Shown: one piece after another, positions 31,979 through 41,810 of the stretch
How the letters are laid out: each line of letters starts with the position of its first letter
Numbering within the stretch: position 1 is the stretch's first letter
Source: Mycoplasmatota bacterium
Lineage (GTDB): Bacteria > Bacillota_I > Bacilli_A > MAG-NZ
Reading direction: 5' to 3'
Assembly (NCBI GenBank): GCA_018394315.1
Contig: CP074575.1
Location: 1,768,615 to 1,832,614, forward strand
Length of the DNA: 64,000 bases
The notes under the pieces: generated by a model
The model's database searches: none
Seen by the model: the letters and a program-made list of their open reading frames with translations, nothing else
What the model was told of the DNA's origin: nothing
Position numbers and translations under genes: made by a program

Positions 31979-32680
31979 TTAAAGTTTAGCAATACCGCAT
32001 TTATATCCAGAATATATCACTGATGTATTGAATCCTTTTACAATCAGCCATATCGCCAAAATCATTTCTAGTAAGGCCATTGGCAGACTTAAAACAATGT
32101 AGATTGGTGTTATGATGTCGATGAATTGGAACATTACTAATAAGCTTGCTAACATGGTCAATACTGTACCTATTAAACCCCAACCTGATAACCACCTAGG
32201 AACTAGTTTTGTTTTGTAGAAAATGTAATAAAGCATTAGCCCTCCTAAACTATGAACTAGTATCATTGCCACATGGTTCACTAAATCACGTCCTGCTCGA
32301 AGTAATACACCTAAAGTGTGAAAATAGGATGAATCAGGTGCTCCAGCTTTGATAAACTCCTGACTTAATATCAGTAGTAATAGTATGGCAATCACTCCAA
32401 TTATATTGAACACGCCAGCAATAAACCTAAAACCAATGAATCCAATTGCTAGACCTTCGTTAAATTTTCTTAAGATAGGATACATCAAAAAAGCAAAGCC
32501 AACATATGCTACGGCCATAATAAACTGAAAAATTGATGCAATTATTACTTGGTTAGCATTTGCAGAAGCTTTGAACAAATAATCTGATGCATCGATTGCT
32601 GGAGCAATGCTTAGTATCCCAGCAATGGTACCAATTATAAATAATAATCCAGCAATTATTGTAGTTTTTCTTAAACTCAT
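31979..32680 (-). CDS. DUF4386 family membrane protein
   Basis: AGLLFIIGTIAGILS, KTKLVPRWLSGWGLIG, EMILAIWLIVKGF. Confidence 0.85.
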   Translation of the reverse strand: MSLRKTTIIAGLLFIIGTIAGILSIAPAIDASDYLFKASANANQVIIASIFQFIMAVAYVGFAFLMYPILRKFNEGLAIGFIGFRFIAGVFNIIGVIAILLLLILSQEFIKAGAPDSSYFHTLGVLLRAGRDLVNHVAMILVHSLGGLMLYYIFYKTKLVPRWLSGWGLIGTVLTMLASLLVMFQFIDIITPIYIVLSLPMALLEMILAIWLIVKGFNTSVIYSGYKCGIAKL

Positions 32681-33376
32681 AATTTCACTCTTTCCCTTCT
32701 ATCTATATGCAGTTACTCAACTGCATAATCATTTCACTACAGCTAAAATCATAATCGCTATTTAAACTTTAAAATTAAATCTTTCATTTTCTCCCTCCAA
32801 TTAATTCTATAAGCTCATTATATGAACTAATTATTAAACAACAACTACTAAATTATTAAGAATTTATTAAGTTTCATTTTTTTGAATTTTGATTAATATG
32901 ATGAATTGCCAAACATATCAAGAATTCACAAGAATAAAAAGATTACTTTTTTATTGTAAAGCTTACTTAATTATAGTTATACTCTCCCTTCATTTGATAT
33001 CATAATATTACATGTAAGGTCTTAATTAATACTAAATTAAATCTTAAAAAAGTCTTAATTTTATTCTTGCATTTTATACCCAATACCCCAAACAGTCTGT
33101 ATGTATTTATCTAACGGCCGAAATTTACCTTTAGAACGATTATTACTAATGTGAACATTAATTGTGTTATCATCACAAATAAACTCTTGCTTCCAAATGC
33201 TTTCAAAGAGATTATTTTACGTATCCGTTCTCCAAAGGAGTAAGATCCGAAAAAAAGGTGTATGAGCGTTACTAAATAATAAAAAAATCTTTCTTTAATT
33301 AGATAGATTTTCAATTTATAAATATTAATATTTTTCGCACAGAACATAGTGATTGTACTATAGCGTCTATTTTCAA

Positions 33377-33404
33377 TGGTGGAGCTGGGGGGAGCCGAAC
33401 TCCC
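33377..33404 (-). repeat. tmRNA/tRNA-Ala-like 3'-end fragment (att-like, R2)
   Basis: GGGAGTTCGGCTCCCCCCAGCTCCACCA; no 5' half upstream. Confidence 0.75.
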
Positions 33405-33597
33405 TTATAGTAGCTTAACGACTCAAATTTTATTATATTTGTCATTATCAAAGATCAAATCACTAACACTCCATAATTACATTATAATTTTAAGCTCGGC
33501 ATATTATTGCAAACTAAAATAAAAAAGTATTTTCACTACTTTTTTAAAAATCAACTCTCTTACTGTTCCAGTAATAGTTCACTAGAGGTTCTACTGT

Positions 33598-34329
33598 CTA
33601 GACAGGTAACATAGAAATCAAGATTGCCCCCAAAATCAAGCTCGCAAAGTTCGCAACTATCGCGAAAGAAAATGCTCTTCGCTTACTATGCTCACGAAGA
33701 AGTATTGTGAATCCTAACACTTCAACAAGGAACACAAGAAGTTCGCCAGCAATTAGATTAAACAATAAATAACTCGGAATAATCGGAGAACCATTTATCA
33801 ACCAAATGTTTAACCATAATTGAGTAATTAAATTAATAATTAAAAATGTAACCCAGCTCTTTCTTGATTTATAGAGAAATACCACCAAAATAAATCCTTC
33901 TAACAACAAAGTAAGTATTAATCTTATACCTACTAAGATAGTTGTTCTTAGTGGATATTCTCCAGGAACTAATCTCTCATTATCTACATCCAGGGTGAAA
34001 ACATTTGTATATTTTTCAAGATTATCAGTATTAATTTCGAAAGTCTTTGCCCTCGTAGTCACTACTATCTTGTACTGTGAGATAGAATTTAAGGATACAG
34101 AATAAAATATATAATAGTCTTCCCAAGCTACTTCTTTATGTCTACCAGTTTCGAAGAAATCATCAGAAAAGATGGCTACCTCCATATCTTTGGGTGGATT
34201 GGTTACCAAAATAACTATAGAAGGAGGTTGTGCGGAATTAGCACTAACACTTCTTGGAAAAGCAAAGAGTAACAACACTAATATCATTAAACCAAATATT
34301 ATTTTAACACTATATCTATTTAGAGTCAC
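33598..34329 (-). CDS. Conserved hypothetical membrane protein with signal peptide
   Basis: ANSAQPPS..., four C-terminal TM helices (INLITQ, ANFASL). Confidence 0.7.
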   Translation of the reverse strand: MTLNRYSVKIIFGLMILVLLLFAFPRSVSANSAQPPSIVILVTNPPKDMEVAIFSDDFFETGRHKEVAWEDYYIFYSVSLNSISQYKIVVTTRAKTFEINTDNLEKYTNVFTLDVDNERLVPGEYPLRTTILVGIRLILTLLLEGFILVVFLYKSRKSWVTFLIINLITQLWLNIWLINGSPIIPSYLLFNLIAGELLVFLVEVLGFTILLREHSKRRAFSFAIVANFASLILGAILISMLPV

Positions 34330-34434
34330 TTTGAAATCACCGTCCTTTAAATTTCTTTTTTCATGATTTTACAACACAAAGACTTTTTAGTCCTTTAATC
34401 TTGCTTGTGAGACATTTATCAATTTGAATCTAAA

Positions 34435-34899
34435 CTATTTTATAATCAGCGGTACTTCAATATCCATAATTAATCTATTAGAATCACTCTCAAAAAAATC
34501 AGCAGTTATGAGTAGAATCACTTCTTTTTTCTTATTCCATTCAAACCACTCAAGTGGGAGCTCATAAAAATTGATGTCGTCTTCATTAGTTCTAAGTACT
34601 GTTGAGTTCATCAATAAATCAGGAATCATAAAAGGCTTCACAACCCCATCCTCTATAACATGCAAATATATGTAATCTTTCGAATGTTTTACTTTTTCTT
34701 CTTTTTTTGAACCAGAGTACTTTAGAGAAGTTGAGAGAACTAGATTATCGTCTTCGTTCAAAACATTATCATTCAGATTAATACTAAATGTAAAATCACC
34801 ATTAGTGATTACCTGGTTGAGAGAATTGTTTTTTTCTATACAACCTAGTAGACTAACCATAATAAGTAGTAGCGATAAAATATAAATAATTAGTCTCAT
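34435..34899 (-). CDS. Hypothetical lipoprotein
   Basis: LLGC lipobox. Confidence 0.7.
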   Translation of the reverse strand: MRLIIYILSLLLIMVSLLGCIEKNNSLNQVITNGDFTFSINLNDNVLNEDDNLVLSTSLKYSGSKKEEKVKHSKDYIYLHVIEDGVVKPFMIPDLLMNSTVLRTNEDDINFYELPLEWFEWNKKKEVILLITADFFESDSNRLIMDIEVPLIIK

Positions 34900-35185
34900 A
34901 TTAACTTACTCACATCGTCTTTAGCACTACCTTGCATAATTATTGACGACATGCAAATAACCATCATATTAATTACAATCTTTTTCATTTTTTTCCTTCT
35001 TTCTTTAAAATAAATATCGTAATCACATCAATAATTAGATATTGATGCAACTTTAATATTGCCTCTAGCAGAATATTATCAAAAAAAATCCTACAAATTG
35101 GCGATGTGAGTGTCATGACATATGTAATTCATCAATTGATGACTAATTGTATCATATGCTTTTTCAAATCACAAAAAAATGAGCT

Positions 35186-35250
35186 TCTAGCAACATTGTC
35201 CAAAAAAACCCTCTTTAAACAGGGGTTTTGGGGTGTTTGATGCAAGATTT
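35186..35250. repeat. Repeat R3 (~65 bp, imperfect terminal IR), second copy at 50088-50152
   Basis: TCTAGCAACATTGT.CAAAAAAC...GGGTGTT(T)GATGCAAGATTT in both copies. Confidence 0.8.
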
Positions 35251-35328
35251 ATGCTGTTGTTTCAGGAAATGAAATGAGAGTGGGGATTTGAACTCCATTA
35301 CACATACTCTCAAAACTCAAACATTTAT

Positions 35329-35359
35329 TGGTGGAGCTGGGGGGGAGTCGAACTCCCTC
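35329..35359 (-). repeat. tmRNA/tRNA-Ala-like 3'-end fragment (R2); a weaker T-arm fragment lies at 35275-35296
   Basis: GAGGGAGTTCGACTCCCCCCCAGCTCCACCA. Confidence 0.75.
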
Positions 35360-35470
35360 ACTTTATTTTGATTGAAGCATTTATTTATCGTCTAATTTCT
35401 ATAATGGCAAAATCGATTATCATAAATATAATTACCAGATCTAGAATGCTCCAGATTTAAAAGGAGTGTT

Positions 35471-35626
35471 TCTAAAGAAAGAAAGTTTTTTAAAACTTTC
35501 TTCTATATAATATTTAGTTTTATTTTAATTTATTATTTTTTATATGTCCTTTGACTTGGGGCAGCAGAACCCATTTGTTGCTGAGCCATAGAAACCAATC
35601 TATCTGTAGCTCCATAAAAAGCCAAC
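35471..35626 (-). repeat. sspA 3'-end/terminator copy C with 50-bp att-like site 35577-35626
   Basis: Near-identical to 51304-51436. Confidence 0.95.
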
Positions 35627-35848
35627 TTCATACTTCCAATAATTGGTTTAATTCTATTCTAACACAAAGCTATAAGCTATACAAAATTATTAGTGTGCAC
35701 AAAAAGGTATACCAAGCATCTTGTTAATTCCTAAAAGAAAAACCTCTTTTATAATTTTCTACAAATAAGGGGTTAATCTTATTAATTATTAATACTCAGT
35801 ATCTAAAATTCTAAACTGTAGCATGATTTTAGGTCACTATACTATATT

Positions 35849-36085
35849 TCACCATTCCACACTAAATGGAACATTTTCTTTAAGTGTGTAGGTCTCACTA
35901 TTATATTCAAACCGAATTATAAATTCTGCTATGTATTCTCTACCCTTACTTTGGTTAAACTTACTTATGTCATCCGTATAAGTGAAATTATACGGAACTC
36001 CATTAGTGAGTTTTATTTGTGAGTCGGGATGATAAAGATAATCTTTAGTAGTTGAAGTGTATACATACTCATCATCCTGGTTCTT
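35849..36085 (-). pseudogene. Start-less 3' gene fragment (~78 open codons)
   Basis: Open frame KNQDDEYVYT...NVPFSVEW* with no start codon or RBS. Confidence 0.45.
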
Positions 36086-36171
36086 TATATCAATAGTTCG
36101 AATAATATTAATATTTTAATATTTATTTCGATTACTTCGCCATTATAATCTATATCATGTTTATTACATTC

Positions 36172-36585
36172 TTAATCTAACAATTCTACATCATAGCCTA
36201 TGATTTCAAGTAATTCTATTAATTCTTCTATTTCTTTATTGGTTTCATTTATTTTCAACGTTTGATTAGTTATATTAAACTCCAAATCTGATATACCTTC
36301 ACCTAAAAAGAAACTTCTTATTTCACTTTCAATATCTTCTTCAATTGGATTTAATATCTTCAATACTATTTGAGTATCCTTTGTTTTATAAGTTTTATCA
36401 ATTAAATATCCTGCTTTTTCTATTGCTTTATAAGCGTCTCTCACGCTAAGATCTCCTTCTTCAATCATGACAATATCATTAAGCATGTCAAATTTCACTA
36501 TTGAAAAGCCTGCAGAAATCAGCTCTGATTCGATCTTTAATCTACAATGCCCACATGCCATATTGACAACTTTTATTTCCTTCAT
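36172..36585 (-). CDS. Heavy-metal-associated (HMA) domain protein
   Basis: MACGHC motif; a second, Cys-less HMA-like domain follows. Confidence 0.8.
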   Translation of the reverse strand: MKEIKVVNMACGHCRLKIESELISAGFSIVKFDMLNDIVMIEEGDLSVRDAYKAIEKAGYLIDKTYKTKDTQIVLKILNPIEEDIESEIRSFFLGEGISDLEFNITNQTLKINETNKEIEELIELLEIIGYDVELLD

Positions 36586-36586
36586 T

Positions 36587-37138
36587 TTATCTCAACTCCA
36601 TTGTAGTAAGACAAGTTAGATCACCATCAAACGTAGAAATAGTTGAAGTACTGCTAAGCCCATTATAATTTACAGTAATAGTACCTTCTATTTCTCTAGG
36701 TAACCAAAGTTCAAAGAACCCATTTCTCAAACTTGTAACTTCGTTATTAAATATTTCTTTACCATAGCTATCTTTTACAATAACCTCAAATCTTTTCTCA
36801 ACCAGTTCAGCTCTACATCCTGTAGCACTATGGATTAGTCAGGTATGAGTAGTGTTTTCATATGGAGCAACAGCTACATAAAACATTTCTTCAGGCATTT
36901 CGTACTTCAGCTCAACAGAACCTGATCGTATGACTAGTTTGTCATCATATACTGAAGCACCCACATCCTTTATTGAAGTAGACATTTCTCCCAATTTGTA
37001 AATAATCTCCTCTATTGAAAGTTCCTCAATTCCTAGATTTTCTTTTAATTTTAACTCATCCGAAATTCCAGATTTAGTACATCCAGTTAATATTAGTACC
37101 AACACAAATATTATTACCAACTTCTTCACTTTAATCAC
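36587..37138 (-). CDS. cueP: CueP-family copper-binding lipoprotein with in-frame TGA (36839-36841); candidate selenoprotein, 183 aa
   Basis: LTGC lipobox; APYENTTHT*LIHSATGCRAEL...NGFFELWLPR...TCLTTMEL; frame stays open for 83 codons after the TGA. Confidence 0.85.
36809..36829 (-). promoter_or_regulatory. Candidate bacterial SECIS hairpin
   Basis: AGUGCUACA-GGA-UGUAGAGCU, G-led apical loop 18 nt after the UGA. Confidence 0.6.
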
Positions 37139-37153
37139 TACTTCCTATAGATT

Positions 37154-37345
37154 TTACTTATTAAAATTACTATTACTTTTGGATTTTTTCGTACATTCGG
37201 TATGCTTGCACATATCACAATCAATCTCAATTTCTATACCATCAGGAGCAGGGGTATTGTTATTAAGTAAATAAGAACCAATATATATTGCTACCATACC
37301 TAAAACAAATAAAACGACAATAAGATTTTGAATCATTGTCTTCAC
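37154..37345 (-). CDS. Small membrane protein with a Cys-rich tail
   Basis: One TM helix then CDMCKHTEC; AAGGAG RBS. Confidence 0.65.
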   Translation of the reverse strand: MKTMIQNLIVVLFVLGMVAIYIGSYLLNNNTPAPDGIEIEIDCDMCKHTECTKKSKSNSNFNK

Positions 37346-37378
37346 TCCTTTCTACTTTTGTTTATATTCTATTATATA

Positions 37379-37398
37379 AATATGAACAGAATATGAAT
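37379..37398 (-). promoter_or_regulatory. Direct repeat ATTCATATT-N2-GTTCATATT, candidate OmpR-family regulator box
   Basis: 11-bp-phased repeat next to TATAAT; a degenerate copy at 38160-38179. Confidence 0.55.
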
Positions 37399-37459
37399 TA
37401 TTAGATTGATATATTCTTCATAAGAAAAGGAGTGTCTATACACCCCTAAAATATATATA

Positions 37460-38119
37460 CTAGAATCCTCTAGAAGATCTGTAACTAGTATTTCTTCTAT
37501 AATTATTATATGAACCATGGCAACTACCGTAGAATCTACTATTAGATCCGTATCCATTCATAAATCCACCCATGTAATCGCCATATCCGTAATAGTCTAG
37601 TCCTAATTCATTAGCTTTGTCTTCAACTAAAGAATCAATAGTTTCGCGAGCGTTAATTGTTTCTTCTTCACTCATACTCGCCCAGTCATATGAGAACATC
37701 AAGTTGTGCATATAATACATTAACTCTGTCTGTTCATCTGAAGCGTAACCATACATCATTCCTGGTCGAAAACCAGCCCCAAAATCAGGTAAGTCTAATC
37801 CAAGTTCGATTGCTTTTTGATCTAAGAGTTGATTCATTTGAGATTGTGCTTCCCTGATTTCTTCAGCAGTCATTGCCGAGAAGTCATAAGCCTCAATTAA
37901 TTCAATCTGATAGTCCATGAATTGTTTCATTTCTTCATCAATAAATAATCTGTTCATACCTCCATGCATACCAAACCCACCATATTCTTGTGTTTCTTCA
38001 AATCCTAATTTTTGAGTCGCCATATGATAATAATCTTTTACTTGATTTTGTACACCATCATATGTTGCTGCAAATCCTCCAGTTAATAATGAAATAGATA
38101 ATAATAAACCTTTCATCAT
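37460..38119 (-). CDS. Secreted Met/Gly/Tyr-rich protein with two internal repeats
   Basis: Signal-like N-terminus; YDFSAMTAEE...KAIELGLD and YDWASMSEEE...KANELGLD. Confidence 0.7.
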   Translation of the reverse strand: MMKGLLLSISLLTGGFAATYDGVQNQVKDYYHMATQKLGFEETQEYGGFGMHGGMNRLFIDEEMKQFMDYQIELIEAYDFSAMTAEEIREAQSQMNQLLDQKAIELGLDLPDFGAGFRPGMMYGYASDEQTELMYYMHNLMFSYDWASMSEEETINARETIDSLVEDKANELGLDYYGYGDYMGGFMNGYGSNSRFYGSCHGSYNNYRRNTSYRSSRGF

Positions 38120-38361
38120 ATTCCTCCTTTCTTATTTTACTATTATATTATAGATAATAAATGTATAGTAAATATGAATTTCAATTTCCAATACGATTTA
38201 GAGAACCATCATAGAGCAAGCTCTAAATTACAAAAACCCCGTTCTTTATAGAATCGAACAAGGGTCTTAATTTATTTCTCAAGAAGTTTTCATAAACTGT
38301 TTTACAGTTTAGTAATTATTTTAGTTTTATTATTTCCTAACACTTGAATTACTAAATTTAT

Positions 38362-38748
38362 CTAATTGTTAACAATCTCCTCAATTTTCTCTTTACAACA
38401 TCCAAATTCAGAAACTCCGCAGTACTCTTCAATTTCTGAAACTGTAGTAGCTCCTTTTGAAATTGATTCTTCAATTTTAGCTTTACTAATGTTGTGACAA
38501 CAACATATGATTTCCTCAACTTCATTTTGACTAACAGTAAATCCTGCATCTTTTATAGTTTTTAAAATTATTTCCTCATTCTGACCGTTGAGTTCTACAT
38601 CAACAATTTTATCCTCTAAAGATATTTTATAACTTTCTATCCCTAAATCAATTAGCGCTTTTTCAATCTTTTCAGAACATGTTATACAGTTCATATCTTC
38701 TACTTTTACTTTCATTTTTGTATACTCCTTCTTATTGTAATTACTCAT
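38362..38748 (-). CDS. CopZ-like HMA domain fused to a BFD-like [2Fe-2S] domain
   Basis: MNCITC then ICCCHNIS...GATTVSEI..YCG...GCC. Confidence 0.75.
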   Translation of the reverse strand: MSNYNKKEYTKMKVKVEDMNCITCSEKIEKALIDLGIESYKISLEDKIVDVELNGQNEEIILKTIKDAGFTVSQNEVEEIICCCHNISKAKIEESISKGATTVSEIEEYCGVSEFGCCKEKIEEIVNN

Positions 38749-38755
38749 GTTACTT

Positions 38756-41224
38756 CTAATTTTCTGTTTTGAATCTCTTTAACCTTAATGCATTTAACAG
38801 TACAGAAATAGAACTGAAACTCATTGCTGCTGCAGCAAACATTGGATTTAACTTAGGCCCACCAAATGCAAAGAATAGACCAGCTGCTAGAGGTATTCCC
38901 GCAGAGTTATATGCAAATGCCCAAAATAAATTTTGTTTAATGTTTTTAATAGTGCTTTTACTAAGATGAAGAGCTGTTACAACGTCTAGTAAATCGCTTC
39001 TCATTAAAACTATATCGGCAGATTCCATGGCTACATCTGTTCCAGAACCTATTGCTATTCCTACATCTGCTTGAGCTAAAGCAGGAGCATCATTAATACC
39101 ATCACCAACCATAGCTACAGCCTTACCTAAGTCTTGAAGTTTCTTAACTTCATTCGCTTTATCTTCAGGTAATACTTCCGCTAAAACTCTATCAATTCCA
39201 ACACTTTCAGCAATAGCTGCTGCTGTACGTTTATTATCACCAGTAATCATCGTAACTTCAATACCTAACTGGTGTAATCTCTTTATAGCTCGAATACTAC
39301 TTACTTTTACAACATCAGCAACAGCAATGACACCTAATACCTGTTTCTCAGTAGAAACAAACATTGGAGTTTTACCTTCTTTAGCTAAGCGTTCAGAATC
39401 TTTCTTAAGAGATGTTATCTCAATATCTCTATCTCTCATCAATTTCTCGTTTCCAAGCAAGTAACTTTTCTTATTAACTTCTACTTCTATACCATGCCCT
39501 GGTATTGCATTAAATTTCTCAATTTGATATAAGTCAATATTTTTATTTGCTGCACCTCTCACAATAGCCTCACCTAGAGGATGTTCCGAGCTCTTTTCTG
39601 CAGATGCAGCTATCTTTAACAACTTTGTTTCGTCAAATTCATCTACAGTTATAATGTCTGTTAATTCTGGACGACCTTCAGTTATAGTCCCTGTTTTATC
39701 AAATACAATGGTATCTATTTTATGTGCAGTTTCTAACGCCACTCCACTTTTAATTAATACACCATTTTCTGCTCCTTTACCAGTTCCAACCATAATTGCA
39801 GTTGGAGTAGCAAGTCCCAGTGCACACGGACAAGCGATGACAAGAACCGATATGAAAATTGTCAGCGAAAAGACAACAGTGCTTCCAGTTATATACCAAG
39901 CAAATCCTGATATAATAGCAATTAAAAGTACTATTGGAACAAAATAACCACTAATAACATCTGCTAACTTAGCAATTGGTGCTTTAGATCCTTGTGCATC
40001 TTCCACAAGTTTTATAATCTGAGCAAGCGTAGTATCTTTACCCACTTTAGTAGCTTTGAACTGAATTGAACCAGTTTTGTTTATACTTGCACCAATAACA
40101 TGGTCACCAACATTCTTTTCAACCGGTATACTTTCCCCTGTAATCATTGCTACATCTACAGCAGTATTGCCTTTAGTAACTATCCCATCAACAGGAATCT
40201 TTTGACCTGGTTTAACAAGAACTATATCACCTTCTATTACATCGTCAATAGATACTTCTATCTCATTCCCATCCCTTATAATAGTAGCAGTCTTAGGGGC
40301 TAGACCCATCAATTTTTTTATCGCATCTGAAGTCTTCCCTTTAGCAATAGACTCTAAGTATTTTCCGAGTAATATTAACGTGATAATTACTCCTGCTGTT
40401 TCGAAGTATAAATCGCTTGCGTAAGCAATTCTCACTTCATAAGTTCCAGTTATAATCTTATATATAGCGAATAATCCATAAAGAATCGCTGCTCCAGTAC
40501 CTAAAGCAATTAAAGAGTCCATATTAGGTGAACGTTTCATTAATGTCTTAACGCCGACTACATAGAACTTATTACCAGCTATTATAACTGGTATTGTAAG
40601 CAATAATTGTACTAAGGCAAAATTAAGACTATGCTCCATAGGATCTAGAATACTAGGAATTGGTAGTTTCATCATATGTCCCATAGCTAAATAGAGTAAA
40701 GGAACTGTAAAAATCGCAGAAACTATAAATTTCTTCCACAATTTCTTCATCTCTAAACTCTTTCTTATTTTCTCCTCTTCATTACTATCGCTCTTAGATG
40801 AATCTAGTGGATTATAACCCGACTTTATTATAGAATCTCTCAACAATTTTTCAGTCACAACAGAGCCATCATATTTAATGTTAGCTGTTTCTGTTGCGAA
40901 ATTAACAGTAGCATTGATAACTCCATCAACATTACTTAGGTCTCTTTCGACAGTATTAACACAGGTTGCACATGTCATTCCTTCAATTTTTATAATAATG
41001 TTCTTAGATGCAACATCATCTTTAGCAATATATCCCGCTTTAGATACTGCTTGAATAATTTCATCATTATCTAAAATATCATTGTTATATTTCACGCTCA
41101 TTTTTTCTGTAGTTAAGTTAACTGAAACCTCTTTTACTCCATCTAGTTTAGATACTGCTTTTTCTACAGAACTAGCACAACTAGCACAAGTCATTCCACT
41201 CACTTTATATTTCTTAGTCTCCAT
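38756..41224 (-). CDS. copA: Cu(I)-exporting P1B-type ATPase
   Basis: Two GMTCxxC domains, CPC, DKTGT, HP, GDGIND, YN and MxxSS motifs. Confidence 0.97.
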   Translation of the reverse strand: METKKYKVSGMTCASCASSVEKAVSKLDGVKEVSVNLTTEKMSVKYNNDILDNDEIIQAVSKAGYIAKDDVASKNIIIKIEGMTCATCVNTVERDLSNVDGVINATVNFATETANIKYDGSVVTEKLLRDSIIKSGYNPLDSSKSDSNEEEKIRKSLEMKKLWKKFIVSAIFTVPLLYLAMGHMMKLPIPSILDPMEHSLNFALVQLLLTIPVIIAGNKFYVVGVKTLMKRSPNMDSLIALGTGAAILYGLFAIYKIITGTYEVRIAYASDLYFETAGVIITLILLGKYLESIAKGKTSDAIKKLMGLAPKTATIIRDGNEIEVSIDDVIEGDIVLVKPGQKIPVDGIVTKGNTAVDVAMITGESIPVEKNVGDHVIGASINKTGSIQFKATKVGKDTTLAQIIKLVEDAQGSKAPIAKLADVISGYFVPIVLLIAIISGFAWYITGSTVVFSLTIFISVLVIACPCALGLATPTAIMVGTGKGAENGVLIKSGVALETAHKIDTIVFDKTGTITEGRPELTDIITVDEFDETKLLKIAASAEKSSEHPLGEAIVRGAANKNIDLYQIEKFNAIPGHGIEVEVNKKSYLLGNEKLMRDRDIEITSLKKDSERLAKEGKTPMFVSTEKQVLGVIAVADVVKVSSIRAIKRLHQLGIEVTMITGDNKRTAAAIAESVGIDRVLAEVLPEDKANEVKKLQDLGKAVAMVGDGINDAPALAQADVGIAIGSGTDVAMESADIVLMRSDLLDVVTALHLSKSTIKNIKQNLFWAFAYNSAGIPLAAGLFFAFGGPKLNPMFAAAAMSFSSISVLLNALRLKRFKTEN

Positions 41225-41290
41225 AATAACACCTCATATTCTTCATATTCATAAAGTAATCAATCGTTATTTACTTTTGGGTTTATATAT

Positions 41291-41645
41291 TCAACATAAC
41301 GTACTGGGTATATTTTCTTTACTCTTCTATATACGAATATTGATATTCCAATGATTATCAATATAATTGACACAAATCTTGCTATCTGAATGGTTCCGAA
41401 CATTAAGCTTTCCGTTCTCGTATTTTCTATAAAGAATCTACCAACTGAATACCATATTAATTAAAATGATAAGTTGTCTTCTATTCAATACTTCTTTATG
41501 CCTCAGCATTTAATCGTAATTTTTCAACATCACGGTAACTTATTCATAATGCTACTAGAATACCTGATAAAATCGCTCTAGCATAGGACTGGATAAATAA
41601 AGGGCCAATCTGAATAGATTTCCTTAATGATAATAGCTCTTTCAT
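41291..41645 (-). pseudogene. lgt: Prolipoprotein diacylglyceryl transferase remnant (internal deletion, stops)
   Basis: N-terminal IQIGPLFIQSYA..ILSGILVAL* and C-terminal [18 protein letters not shown] fragments. Confidence 0.8.
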
Positions 41646-41646
41646 A

Positions 41647-41808
41647 TTATTCACTTTGTACTTGTCTTATGTGTTTATAATCATCTATTGATATTTCATC
41701 TCTAGCAAGTCTTTCATTTAATATTTCAGAAGCACTTTTCAAAGATGGTTTATCTTTATAACCCGTATAAACAAATACTAACAAAATCAAGAACAGAATA
41801 ATCCTCAT
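41647..41808 (-). CDS. Small TM+SHOCT protein, 53 aa (absent from the ORF track)
   Basis: MRIILFLILLVFVY...SASEILNERLARDEISIDDY. Confidence 0.75.
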   Translation of the reverse strand: MRIILFLILLVFVYTGYKDKPSLKSASEILNERLARDEISIDDYKHIRQVQSE

Positions 41809-41810
41809 TT

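Noticed and set aside
33111..33347. 78-aa ORF as a real gene
   Set aside because: No convincing RBS or recognisable family; probably spurious or a decayed fragment
33377..35359. Complete tmRNA or tRNA genes
   Set aside because: Only ~28-31-nt 3' fragments are present; there is no matching 5' acceptor strand, D arm or anticodon arm
36839..36841. TGA read as Trp (genetic code 4)
   Set aside because: TGG encodes Trp throughout, several genes end in TGA (e.g. 997, 19037), and the aligned residue is Cys
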